Positions 29,058 through 38,378 of a stretch of DNA of 64,000 bases are shown here, piece after piece. Location: NCBI GenBank assembly GCA_050734155.1, contig JBOHUD010000064.1, positions 68,801-132,800 of the forward strand. Direction: 5' to 3'. This DNA is from Candidatus Dormibacteria bacterium. GTDB taxonomy: Bacteria > Chloroflexota > Dormibacteria > Aeolococcales > Aeolococcaceae. Position numbers and translations under genes: made by a program. Every line of letters starts with the position of its first letter. The stretch's first letter is position 1. The notes under the pieces were generated by a model that saw only the letters and a program-made list of their open reading frames with translations, made no database searches and was not told where the DNA came from.

Positions 29058-29309
29058 TCACGTCCAGCAAGGCTCTGGCTTCTCGGCTCATACCGCGTCG
29101 CCACCGCCCCCCACCAACAGTCCCTTGCCCGGCTCTCGCTTGAGCCTCGGCGTCAGGCTCGCAAGGTCATCGAGCACGGTGCTGAACGGCCTTTCCAAGA
29201 TCGCCGCGACACGTTGAATGACCTCCAATTCCCCGACATCTGGCCGCTTGAGCGGCTACCCGCCTAGGGTGTCCCAACTGTAGCTCCGATGTGCTACGAT
29301 GAGGCCACA

Positions 29310-29582
29310 ATGGATCGGGTGGGCATCCGGGACCTGAAACAGAATGCGAGCGCCATCGTGCGTCGGGCGGCATCAGGGGAGACCCTGGAGATCACGGATC
29401 GGGGCCGGCCGGTGGCCAAGATCGCCCCTCTTGGGGTGGGTGAGGGCTACGACCGGCTGGTGCGCGAGGGACATGTCGTGCCCGGACAGGGTGGCCTGGC
29501 CGACCACTCCCCACGGGAGCCCGTGCCTGGGCGTCCACTGGGCTCTGAGGCGCTGGCAGAGCTGCGCGCCGGGGAACGCTAG
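29310..29582 (+). CDS. Type II antitoxin, Phd/YefM family
   Basis: MDRVGIRDLKQNASAIVRRAASGETLEITDRGRPVAKIAP matches the Phd/YefM N-terminus. Confidence 0.7.
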   Translation: MDRVGIRDLKQNASAIVRRAASGETLEITDRGRPVAKIAPLGVGEGYDRLVREGHVVPGQGGLADHSPREPVPGRPLGSEALAELRAGER

Positions 29583-29584
29583 CC

Positions 29585-30004
29585 GTGGCCGCTCGGCCTC
29601 GCCGCGCCGTGCGCACCGGGGTCACCTACGTCGACAGCTCGGCGTTCATGAAGCTCGTGGTCGCCGAGCCCGAGTCGGCAGCCCTGCGGCGATACCTTGC
29701 CGGGGGGCATCACGTGGCCTCGGCTCTCCTGCGCACCGAGGTGCTGCGGGCCTCGATGCGGGTCTCGCAAGCTCACCTTGCCGACGCTCGTCAGCTGCTC
29801 CGCGAGATCGACCTCATCGACGTCCACCGGCAGCTCCTGGAGCGGGCGGGCGAACTGCAGCCACCCGAGATTCGCTCCTTGGACGCCATCCATCTGGCCA
29901 CGGCGCTCGACGTTGGTGGCGACCTGCGTGAGCTCGTCACCTATGACGGTCGGATGGCCGAGGCTGCTCACCAATGGGGGCTCGCAGTGGTGGCGCCGGC
30001 GTAG
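29585..30004 (+). CDS. vapC: VapC-type PIN-domain toxin
   Basis: VTYVDSSAFMKLVV...SLDAIHLATAL PIN signature; start GTG 29585 or GTG 29609; 2-nt gap after the antitoxin. Confidence 0.75.
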   Translation: MAARPRRAVRTGVTYVDSSAFMKLVVAEPESAALRRYLAGGHHVASALLRTEVLRASMRVSQAHLADARQLLREIDLIDVHRQLLERAGELQPPEIRSLDAIHLATALDVGGDLRELVTYDGRMAEAAHQWGLAVVAPA

Positions 30005-30273
30005 GCTGCCAGCCCAGGAGAGGGGGTCCGAACCTGCGACACCCAGCCCAGAAGGAATCCAGAAACGCCACCGAAGAGCACCAGACTGTAGCTTGTTCGA
30101 ACTTCCAAACGATGCGAGCGCGCCTTGCCGAGCTGGCAAGCTTTCTGCCGTAGACCATTGCTGCATCAGGCAGTTTGCCCTCCCTGCCCGCGCTCACCTA
30201 TCGTCACGCCGACTGCCAGGTGAGTTCCGGGGATCGCGGTCTATCGGCTGAATGTGAGTTGAGGACAGTGAGG

Positions 30274-30836
30274 ATGGGGAAGGTGCTCTGGCACACGCCG
30301 TTGAGCCTGGACGGCTTCATCGCGGGACCAGACGATGACATGGGGTGGCTCTTCGACGTCGACGGCGGGTCAGGCCAGAGTGCCGAGGAGGTTGTCAAGT
30401 CGACGGGAGCATTGCTGGTTGGCCGGCGGACGCAGGATGTCGAGGATCGCCTGCAAATGGGCTTCTACGGAGGCGCCTTTCGCGGGCCGTTCTTTGTGTT
30501 GCGTCATGATCCGCCGGCGCAACCTCCTGTCGTTAAGGGCGTGACCGGCCAGTTCCTCGATATGGGTATCGAGCAGGCGGTGCGGTTGTCCAGAAGGCCG
30601 CCGAAGGTGCGAACGTCGTCATCCTGGGCGCCAATGTCGCCCGCCAGTGTCTGGAGGCCGGGCTTGTGGACCAGATCATCGTGCATATCGCTCCGGTCCT
30701 CGTCGGCGGGGGTGTTCGCCTCTATGAGAGCGCCGGTGGCGCTTCGATCAGGCTCGAGGCGATCTCTTCCCACGTGGAGGGCGAGACCACGGTACTTCGC
30801 TTCGCGGTCCATCAGACGCCAGGCGAACGACTGTGA
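30274..30836 (+). pseudogene. Dihydrofolate-reductase-family protein (RibD C-terminal domain family) with a +1/-1 frameshift near 30580-30590
   Basis: N-terminal part MGKVLWHTPLSLDGFIAGPDDDMGWLF... in one frame; C-terminal part ...VVQKAAEGANVVILGANVARQCLEAGLVDQIIVHIAPVLVGGGVRLYE... in the +2 frame ending TGA 30834-30836. Confidence 0.55.
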
Positions 30837-30982
30837 GACAAGAGAGTTCGTCGGCGTGTCGGCGATCTCCACGCTGTTCACCTCAGCCCAGTCCGCCACC
30901 CGGCGGCACGCCTTCGTCGTAGCGAGCAGGCGATGTCGTCTGAGTTGCGCAGCGCGGGTACGAGACCGATACGAGCGTCTGG

Positions 30983-31024
30983 AGCGGGAGACGAGACTCG
31001 AACTCGCGACATCCAGCTTGGAAG
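30983..31024. repeat. 42-bp perfect direct repeat of the tRNA-Gly 3' end (attR-like)
   Basis: AGCGGGAGACGAGACTCGAACTCGCGACATCCAGCTTGGAAG is identical to 35133..35174; the flanking bases differ on both sides. Confidence 0.75.
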
Positions 31025-31305
31025 CAACCCGCTGGTACATGAGTTCAGTGGCGTGGGAAAGCTCTCTTGGATCATCAGACTCCGGGTCTTGCGAGCCGAG
31101 GTCGAGTAACTTACGGACTGGTTGAGCCGACGTTGAGGCCAAGCCGGGTGCCCGGGCCGCGGACTGCATCGCACACGACCGCTTCAGGCAGTTCATCTTC
31201 GGTCGGCCGTGACGTCACTCCACGCGGTGAACGCGCGGGTCACGCCGCACTCGACCTCGAAGCAGAAGCGGCCCAGGCAGTCGCCCACAGGGGTATGCTG
31301 GAGAG

Positions 31306-32871
31306 GTGGAGGGTGCGGCAGACGGGGTTCGGCTGGCGGAACTGGTGGCGGCCCTGTCCCTCGCGACGGATCTTGGGCTGGGTCAACCTCAGCAGCACAT
31401 CATCCGCCAGACGCTGATCGCGATCCGAGTGGCCGAGCTGGAGGGCTTGTCTGACGACGAACAGGCCGCGATCTTCTACGTGTCGCTTCTCGCGTGGATT
31501 GGTTGCGTCGCCGACGCTCACGAGATGGGCAAGTGGTTCGGCGACGACACGGCGGTGCGGGCCGATGGCTACCTGGTCGACCTGACCGGTCTGCCGATGA
31601 TGCGCTTCATGATCGGCCACGTCGGCGCCGGGGGCTCGCCAATCCGGCGACTCACGATGATCGGTCGCTTGCTCGCCGGAGGGTCGAAGGAGATCGCGCA
31701 GTCAATGGCCACCCACTGTGAGGCCTCGGGCGACCTGTCGTTGCGACTCGGACTCGGTCCGGAGGTGCGTGACCCGCTTCAACAGGCGTTCGAGCGCTGG
31801 GATGGCAAGGGCTCTCCAGCCCGGCTGGCGGGTTACCAGATCGCTCGGGTCATGCGGATCGTCCATGTCGCCAATGACGTGGAGGCGTTGCATCGGATCG
31901 GCGGCGTGGATGCTGCGGTCGAGATGCTCCGCTCCCGACGCGGCACGGAATTCGATCCCGAGCTCGTCGACCGCTTCTGTGCGCATGCGGGCGAGCTACT
32001 CGCCTTCACCGATGAGCTGGATGGCTGGGACATGCTCATCGGCAGCCACGATGCGCTGGGGCGGGAGCTCAGCCGTGAAGAGCTCGACCAGGCGTTGGAG
32101 GCATTTGCCGACTATGCAGATGTCAAATCGCCGTTTACGCTCGGGCATTCACGAGGAGTGGCGTTGCTTGCTGCAGCTGCAGCTGCGACTGTCGGTCTGC
32201 CGGCTGGCGAAGTAATGCTTGTACGTCGAGCTGCGCTCGTGCACGACGTCGGCGCCATCGGGATACCCGCAGGGATCTTGGACAAGGCCGGACGGCTGAC
32301 CGAGGCGCAACGCGAGCGGATCCGCACCCACCCCTATCTCACGGCGCGGACGTTCAGCAAGCCTCCGTCGCTGGCGGCGATCGGGCGGCTCGCAGCCTTG
32401 CACCACGAGCGGATGGACGGCTCGGGTTACCCCTCCGGCGTCACAGCGGACAGCCTTCCGATGACAGCCCGCGTGATCGCCGCCGCCGACGTGTACCACG
32501 CGCTGCTCGAGCCGCGGCCCTATCGCGCCGCGTGGTCACGCGACGCGGCCGAGCAAGTGCTCGCAGCGGAAGTAACCGACGGTCGGCTGGACGGTGACGC
32601 GGTCCGGGCGGTGTTGGATGCCGCCGGGCACCGAGTGCGCCGTCAGCCGGGTCACGCGGGCGGACTCACCGCCCGCGAGGTCGAGGTGCTTGTGCTTTTC
32701 TCACGTGGAATGACCAAGAAACAGATCGCGCAGGAGTTGACCATCTCGGCCAAGACGGTCAGCGCCCACATGGAGCACATCTACGCCAAGCTCGGCGTGC
32801 GCAGCCGGGGCGCGGCCGCGCTATTCGCGATGCGGCATGGATTGATCGCTGTGGGTTTGGTCACCGACTGA
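31306..32871 (+). CDS. Regulator with two HD-GYP-like domains and a C-terminal LuxR-type HTH
   Basis: FERWDGKGSP and HHERMDGSGYPSG motifs with HD residues (LVHDVGAIG); C-terminal LTAREVEVLVLFSRGMTKKQIAQELTISAKTVSAHMEHIYAKLGV. Confidence 0.7.
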   Translation: MEGAADGVRLAELVAALSLATDLGLGQPQQHIIRQTLIAIRVAELEGLSDDEQAAIFYVSLLAWIGCVADAHEMGKWFGDDTAVRADGYLVDLTGLPMMRFMIGHVGAGGSPIRRLTMIGRLLAGGSKEIAQSMATHCEASGDLSLRLGLGPEVRDPLQQAFERWDGKGSPARLAGYQIARVMRIVHVANDVEALHRIGGVDAAVEMLRSRRGTEFDPELVDRFCAHAGELLAFTDELDGWDMLIGSHDALGRELSREELDQALEAFADYADVKSPFTLGHSRGVALLAAAAAATVGLPAGEVMLVRRAALVHDVGAIGIPAGILDKAGRLTEAQRERIRTHPYLTARTFSKPPSLAAIGRLAALHHERMDGSGYPSGVTADSLPMTARVIAAADVYHALLEPRPYRAAWSRDAAEQVLAAEVTDGRLDGDAVRAVLDAAGHRVRRQPGHAGGLTAREVEVLVLFSRGMTKKQIAQELTISAKTVSAHMEHIYAKLGVRSRGAAALFAMRHGLIAVGLVTD

Positions 32872-32986
32872 GACCGCGAAATAGGGCGAAGACCCGATGC
32901 GGTGCCGGGCGGCACCGCCGTACAACAGGTGCAGTGGCGCATGTTGCTTCGGACCACTCATTCAGACTACCGCGAGGTCATCATCC

Positions 32987-33406
32987 ATGAGGTCGGTTGT
33001 CCCTTCGGTCGGAGAGCGATTCGCCCAAGCCCTGCTCGTCAAGGATTGGACCCGTGTGGAGAGCGCCGTCGATCCCCGGATCGACTTTCGCGCGCTGACA
33101 CCGGGAAGACAGTGGGAGGCGACCACGAGGAAGGACCTCATCGAGGGGGTCTTCGAACAGTGGTTTGGACCGAGTGTTGAGATCTGCGAGATCTTGGCCA
33201 TCTCCACAGATCGAATCGTCGATCGCAACCGAATCGTCTACCGGTTTCGAGCACGAAAGCCAGACGGCGAATACGTCTGCGAACAGACTGCGTACTACGA
33301 CGAGGCCAAGGGCAGGATCACGAACCTGCGCATCCTGTGCACTGGATTCCTGCCATCGGCTGACGATCGCGTCGCCGCCCTCGACCTCCTGACGGCGGAG
33401 GCTTGA
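32987..33406 (+). CDS. NTF2-like/SnoaL-like small protein
   Basis: About 139 aa, alpha+beta cone-like sequence; weak call. Confidence 0.4.
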   Translation: MRSVVPSVGERFAQALLVKDWTRVESAVDPRIDFRALTPGRQWEATTRKDLIEGVFEQWFGPSVEICEILAISTDRIVDRNRIVYRFRARKPDGEYVCEQTAYYDEAKGRITNLRILCTGFLPSADDRVAALDLLTAEA

Positions 33407-33409
33407 GGG

Positions 33410-33772
33410 ATGGGCAACAAGGCCGCGATCAGCCTCACTACCGGGCTCGAGGAGGCCGAGCGGGTCACCGTCGCGCTGCTCGTGGCCGTCGGTGCGGCCG
33501 AGACCCATCGGCCAACGCTGATCTTTCTCACCAAGGAAGCCGTCCGGTTGGCAGTCGCTGGCATCGCTGTTGGCACGGCCTGCGACGGTTGTCCGAGCAT
33601 CCCCGACCTCATGGGCCGATATGCGACTGCGGGCGGCCGCCTGCTCGTGTGCCCCATCTGTTTCAACAGCAAACAGCTCGAGCCGACAACGCTCGTGCCG
33701 AACGCCGAGCTCGGCGGCACCGTGCAGTTGTGGGAGTGGATCGGCGACGGCGCCACGACCTTCAGCTACTGA
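33410..33772 (+). CDS. DsrE/DsrF-like family protein
   Basis: About 120 aa with conserved Cys (ACDGCP, CPIC); strong SD GAGGCTTGAGGGATG. Confidence 0.45.
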   Translation: MGNKAAISLTTGLEEAERVTVALLVAVGAAETHRPTLIFLTKEAVRLAVAGIAVGTACDGCPSIPDLMGRYATAGGRLLVCPICFNSKQLEPTTLVPNAELGGTVQLWEWIGDGATTFSY

Positions 33773-33861
33773 ACGGCCAATGAAACGGCGTGGTGGATTT
33801 GGCATCCAGGTTGCGCGACAGGCCGACACGGCGGGCTTGATGGAGATGCTCCTATGTCATG

Positions 33862-34935
33862 TCAAGCAGGACGTGGGAGCAGCACCTGGAAGACCTCGCG
33901 CGCGATGTAGCGCTTGAGGCAGCGGAGGATCTCGCGCTTGGATAGGCCCTCAGCCGTGCGGCGGCGCACGTAGGCGCGGGTGCGTGGGTCGCAGTTCATC
34001 CGGGTGAAGGCAATCCGCCAGAGGGCGGTGTTGCCTTGGCGGTCACCGCCCCGGTTCAGACGATGTCGTTGCGTCTTCCCAGACGACGCGGGAAGCAGCG
34101 TCACGCCGCATAACGCGGCAAAAGACGCTTCCGAGCGCAGACGTTGGGGGTTGTCGCCGGCGACGACGAGCAGGGCACCCGCCACCTCGGGGCCCACACC
34201 GCAGAGCTGGAGGAGCGCCGCGGCATGGCCCTAGATGAGCGGCGAGACGACGCTGTCGATCGCATCGATCTCTGCGGTGAGAGCCTGGTGACGTTGCGCG
34301 AGAAGACGCAGGGTCCAGCGCGCCACGGATCGTGCGTCCTCGACCTGCGTCACGCGGAACCTCGCCGCGGCGGCGATCAGTTGGTGGCGGGAGAGCCGGT
34401 GCAGTTGATCGTGCAGATCCTGAGGTGCTCCGACCACGACAGCGTACATCTGGTTGATGGTTTGAGTGCGCGCGTGGATGGCCGAACGCCGTGCGACACG
34501 GAGGATTCGGAGCTGCTCCACCCAGTCGTCGCCCGCTTTCGGCGTGAGCTGCGACGTGCGAGCCAGCACTGCGCGAGCAGCGGCCTCGGCGTCGATGGGA
34601 TCGGACTTCCCACGATCCCTGCGCAGCTTGCGGTTGGGGCCGCGGATCTCGAGAACGGAGCTTCCCTGGGATCGCGGGAACCGTGACAGGCCGGCGCCAT
34701 ATGAACCGGTCCCCTCGACGCCATATCTGACGTGCTCCGCAAACTCGAGCGCCCACTTGTGCAGATCCGCGCAGCCTCTCTCCGTCGTGGCCACCGACCG
34801 ATGACCCAGGAGTCGGCCGTTCATGTCGATCGCGGCAGCGACGTGGATGTCCTTGTGGGTGTCCACCCCCCCGATGATCTGCTGTGCCACGCTAGACCCG
34901 GTCATCGGCTCCCTCCAAGGACGGATGGCTGGCAC
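33862..34935 (-). mobile_element. IS110-family transposase/recombinase gene interrupted by one in-frame TAG (34231-34233)
   Basis: N-terminal DEDD domain (IIGGVDTHKDIHVAAAID) in ORF 34231..34935 and C-terminal IS116/IS110/IS902 domain (ASFAALCGVTLLPASSGKTQRHRLNRGG) in ORF 33862..34197; both are in the same frame, separated only by TAG. Confidence 0.75.
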
Positions 34936-35132
34936 CGGTGGGGCGAGCGGACACGACTGTTATGGGACCTCTGGTCAGGCTCCTATGAGGTCACGCTCGT
35001 TCCATCGGCGCCTTGCTGACTTCGGGAGAGGGCTGACAGATCTCCAACAAGGCACACACGCGGCCAACGGGAGACTGGGTCAAACCCTCACCCGAAGCCA
35101 GAGTAGGACTCCGGGGTGAGGGAGAGACTGAC

Positions 35133-35205
35133 AGCGGGAGACGAGACTCGAACTCGCGACATCCAGCTTGGAAGGCTAGCGCTCTACCAACTGAGCTACT
35201 CCCGC
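35133..35205 (-). tRNA. tRNA-Gly (anticodon TCC)
   Basis: Cloverleaf: GCGGGAG acceptor, D-arm GCTCAGTTGGTAGAGC, anticodon loop CTTCCAA, T-arm GTTCGAGTC; 73 nt; CCA not encoded. Confidence 0.85.
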
Positions 35206-35237
35206 TCGCCGGGCAAGGATAACCAACGCCCATCCCG

Positions 35238-35612
35238 TCACTCGCTGAGACCGCCCCCACTCCCCACCGCCCGAAGGGTGAGCAGCAGCAGCACAAGCCA
35301 GGCGACGGCGAAGATCGCCGACGCGGCTCGATCAGACCTGCCGGTGATGAGCCTCCGGGCCACCGGCAGGACGAAGAGCGTCGCTGGACCCACCACGAAA
35401 TGCGTGGCGCCATCCGCCGGCCGGTTGCCGGCGATCGCGAGAACAATCCCCAGCAACGCCTGCAGCCCGATCAAGCCCGACATGGCCACAGTCGACGTCG
35501 CCAGGCGGGGGTGGATCGCCCCCCGCCGCAGCCAATCATGCACCGCCCAGAGGCTGCCCGCCAGGGCGAGGAGGACGAGGATGAGCGCGAGGCTGCGGTG
35601 AACGGCCAGCAC
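35238..35612 (-). CDS. Small membrane protein (4 TM)
   Basis: Hydrophobic helices; no family recognised. Confidence 0.35.
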   Translation of the reverse strand: MLAVHRSLALILVLLALAGSLWAVHDWLRRGAIHPRLATSTVAMSGLIGLQALLGIVLAIAGNRPADGATHFVVGPATLFVLPVARRLITGRSDRAASAIFAVAWLVLLLLTLRAVGSGGGLSE

Positions 35613-35644
35613 GGCCGGTCTCCCCTCCTCCGCGGCTCAGCGCG

Positions 35645-36010
35645 TCAGTGAGAGCAGGCCTTGGCCTCGCCGGCGCTGTCGGCGGTCTGGAAGCTGTGAC
35701 CGCAGCCGCAGGTCTTGACGGCGTTGGGGTTGTTGATCGTGAAGCCGCCGCCCATGATGGCGTCGACGTAGTCGATCTCCGCCCCCTCCAGGTACTGCGC
35801 CGAGTAGGAATCGACGTAGACCCGCAGGCCGTTGACGTCGACCACCTGGTCGTCCTCCTTGGGTGGGTTCTCGTCGATGCCCATCCCGTAGGAGAACCCC
35901 GAGCAGCCACCCGACTGGATGTACACACGCAGGCCCACCTGCTGCTCTTGCGCCTGCTCGGAGAAGAGGGTCTGGAGCTGGCCCAGGGCGGTGTCACTGA
36001 CGCTGATCAT
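35645..36010 (-). CDS. erpA: Fe-S cluster insertion protein ErpA/IscA (HesB family)
   Basis: GGCSGFSY...C.GCG..F conserved A-type carrier motifs; start at MISVSD. Confidence 0.8.
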   Translation of the reverse strand: MISVSDTALGQLQTLFSEQAQEQQVGLRVYIQSGGCSGFSYGMGIDENPPKEDDQVVDVNGLRVYVDSYSAQYLEGAEIDYVDAIMGGGFTINNPNAVKTCGCGHSFQTADSAGEAKACSH

Positions 36011-36119
36011 TCGGGGCTCCTGCCTCGGGGTTGACCGGATTGCGACCACCGCTGCCGGTGACCACCTCGATCATACCGTACGTTCCGATCCGGGCCGCCA
36101 ATCGAAATCGTCCCAATCG

Positions 36120-36908
36120 TCACACCTTGCTGAACTCGGCGATCCAGGAGCCGTTCTCGTCGCGGGTGAAGTCCTGGAAGACACCCGGCGCCTCCTCCAC
36201 CATGATCTCGCCGAGGCGGCCGAAGATGAGCCGCAGCTCCTCCTCCGCCCCCGGCGCGGTCCGCATCTCGATGACGTGGCGCAGGGTGCGCAGGTTCATG
36301 GTCAGGATGAGGTCGGTGCTGACTCCGATCGGGGCCAGCCGGCGCAGTGCCGAGGTCACCTCCTTCTTGACATGGAAGGGGATGCCGGCGTCGTCGATCC
36401 TCAGCGCCCTCGCCGCCGAGACCTGGAACTCCTCGAGGCGCTCCACCAGCTCCACGCACTCGCGGCGGAGCGGCTCGAGCGCGGGCGGCACCCGGAAGCC
36501 GACGTCGACCAGGCGCACGTAGCGCAGGCTCTCCTGGCTGTAGGCCGCCCCGGCGCGATGGCGGACGATCTCGTGGGTGGCCACGCGACTGACGTTGCGC
36601 AGCGCGAACGAATAGCTGGCATGCTCGAGGACGCTGCCGTGGGCGCTCTTGAGGATGTTCCTCAGGTACTCGCGCTGGTCGGTGCGCACCTTGGTGACAT
36701 TGGCGTTCAGCCCCGGCTCCCAGCTCCGGTAGCAGGCGCGTCCCCCGAACTCCACGAGCAGCTCGCCGGGGTTCGGCGACACGTCCGGCTCCGTGCGACG
36801 ATCGAGCCAGGAGGTGCCTCCGACGTCGCTGAGGTAGGCGCGCATGCCGTCGACGTCGATGGCGGGGCGCGCGATCAGGTGGATGGTCGGGGTGGTCTCG
36901 TGCGCCAT
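36120..36908 (-). CDS. thyX: Flavin-dependent thymidylate synthase ThyX
   Basis: ThyX motif RHRAGAAYSQESLRY (RHRxxxxxQxS); 262 aa. Confidence 0.85.
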   Translation of the reverse strand: MAHETTPTIHLIARPAIDVDGMRAYLSDVGGTSWLDRRTEPDVSPNPGELLVEFGGRACYRSWEPGLNANVTKVRTDQREYLRNILKSAHGSVLEHASYSFALRNVSRVATHEIVRHRAGAAYSQESLRYVRLVDVGFRVPPALEPLRRECVELVERLEEFQVSAARALRIDDAGIPFHVKKEVTSALRRLAPIGVSTDLILTMNLRTLRHVIEMRTAPGAEEELRLIFGRLGEIMVEEAPGVFQDFTRDENGSWIAEFSKV

Positions 36909-37022
36909 GGCAACCTCGCTGCTGGAACGGACGGAAGAGCCGCAGGGCCGCGGCCTAGCATGGCGGCTCCCCTTTTGCACCGTCAACGCGCCCTCTCGGC
37001 GGCCTGCCGCCCTCCCCGTACA

Positions 37023-38339
37023 ATGCCGCCGGTGACCGATCTCGCCGTCCCGCCGCGCTTCCTCGAGGACGTCTACCAGGCGGCCAGCGAGTGCAACAAG
37101 TGCTCTCTCTGTCAGGCGGTCTGCCCCACCTACGTCACCAACCCGGTGGAGTGGGAGACGGCCCGCGGCCGGGTGTCGTTGATCCGCGACGCCATCGAGG
37201 GGCGCATCGAGCTCCGCGACATCGCCGACGGCCCCCTCTCGACCTGCCTCACCTGCGACAACTGCGTCGCCGCGTGCGCTCCACGCGTGCCCACCGCGCT
37301 GATCGTCAGCCGTGCGCGCATGGAGCTGCACGAGCAGGACGGTCATCCCTGGGGCCAGTCGTTCGCCTTCCGCTCCGTTCTCCCCCGCCCCGGGGCGCTG
37401 CGCTTCCTGCACGGTCTGTCTCGCGCCGCCCAGGTGACCGGTCTGCACGCCCTCGCCCGCCGCACCGGGCTGAGCCGCTGGCTGGGCGCGGGCGGCGCGC
37501 TCATGGAGCACGTGGGGCCGCTGCCCCGGCGGACGGCGTACCGGCGGGCGCGCAACCTGCCCCAGGCCACCGCCCCGGTGCGCGGCAAGCTCGGCTTCCT
37601 GGTGTGCTGCTACCAGAACATGGCGGTCCCGCAGGCCACCGAGGCCACCATGCGGGTCCTGCTCGCCAACGGCTTCGAGGTGGTGGTGCCGCGACTGGCG
37701 TGCAGCGGGCTCCCCGCCAAGTCGCTGGGTGATCGACAGGCCATGATGGACATGGCCGCCGCCAACGTCGACATCCTCCGTGAGCTCGAGGTGGACCTCC
37801 TGGTGGGCGACGTCGCGTCCTGCACAGCGCAGTACAAGCAGTACGACACCGTGCTCGCCGGCGACTCACAGCACGCCCTCGACGCCCAGCGCGTGGCCCA
37901 GCGAACCATCCTCGCCACCGAGCTCCTCGCCGACGCCGGGCAGCGAGCCCCCCTCGGACCGCTGCGCTGGAGGGTGGCCGTCGACGAGCCCTGCTCCCTG
38001 CCCATCGACGGCCCGGCGCGGTCGGCGGCCCGCCGCCTCCTCTCCGAGGTTCCCCGGCTGGAGCTGGTTCCGTTGCACGAGGCAGCGATGTGCTGCGGCG
38101 GCCCGGGGATGTACTTCCGCGACCAGCCGGAGCGCAGCGAGGCAATCCTGGAGCGCAAGTTCGAGAATGTTCGTGCCAGCGGGGCGGAGGTGCTGGTCAC
38201 GGAGAACGTCTCCTGCCTGCTGCAGCTGCGCAACGGCGCCGCTCGCCACGCACCCGGGGTCCGCGTCATGCACGTGTTCGAGGTGCTCGACGAATCGCTC
38301 CGAGCCAACCAGCGCCGCAACGCCCTCATCCCCGAGTAA
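37023..38339 (+). CDS. Fe-S oxidoreductase, GlcF/HdrD-like (2x[4Fe-4S] ferredoxin plus two CCG domains)
   Basis: CNKCSLCQAVCP and CLTCDNCVAACP cluster motifs; downstream CCG-type Cys motifs (CSGLP, CCGGPG). Confidence 0.7.
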   Translation: MPPVTDLAVPPRFLEDVYQAASECNKCSLCQAVCPTYVTNPVEWETARGRVSLIRDAIEGRIELRDIADGPLSTCLTCDNCVAACAPRVPTALIVSRARMELHEQDGHPWGQSFAFRSVLPRPGALRFLHGLSRAAQVTGLHALARRTGLSRWLGAGGALMEHVGPLPRRTAYRRARNLPQATAPVRGKLGFLVCCYQNMAVPQATEATMRVLLANGFEVVVPRLACSGLPAKSLGDRQAMMDMAAANVDILRELEVDLLVGDVASCTAQYKQYDTVLAGDSQHALDAQRVAQRTILATELLADAGQRAPLGPLRWRVAVDEPCSLPIDGPARSAARRLLSEVPRLELVPLHEAAMCCGGPGMYFRDQPERSEAILERKFENVRASGAEVLVTENVSCLLQLRNGAARHAPGVRVMHVFEVLDESLRANQRRNALIPE

Positions 38340-38378
38340 GCCCCCGGGCCGCCAGGGCCGGCGATGCCGCCCGTCCGC

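Noticed and set aside
29167-29373. Small minus-strand ORFs in the vapB upstream region, including a roughly 50-codon fragment (…EVIQRVAAILERPFSTVLDDLASLTPRLKREPGKGLLVGG…)
   Set aside because: No start context and no recognisable family. It could be a gene remnant but the evidence is insufficient.
36120-37511. 463-aa minus ORF (thyX with a 200-aa N-terminal extension)
   Set aside because: The extension overlaps the GlcF-like gene. ThyX begins at MAHETTPT (36908).
35919-38339. 806-aa plus-strand ORF spanning antisense of thyX
   Set aside because: Only the 3' 438 codons (37023..38339, the GlcF-like Fe-S protein with a proper start) are coherent. The 5' part is antisense to thyX and Arg/Ala-rich high-GC noise.
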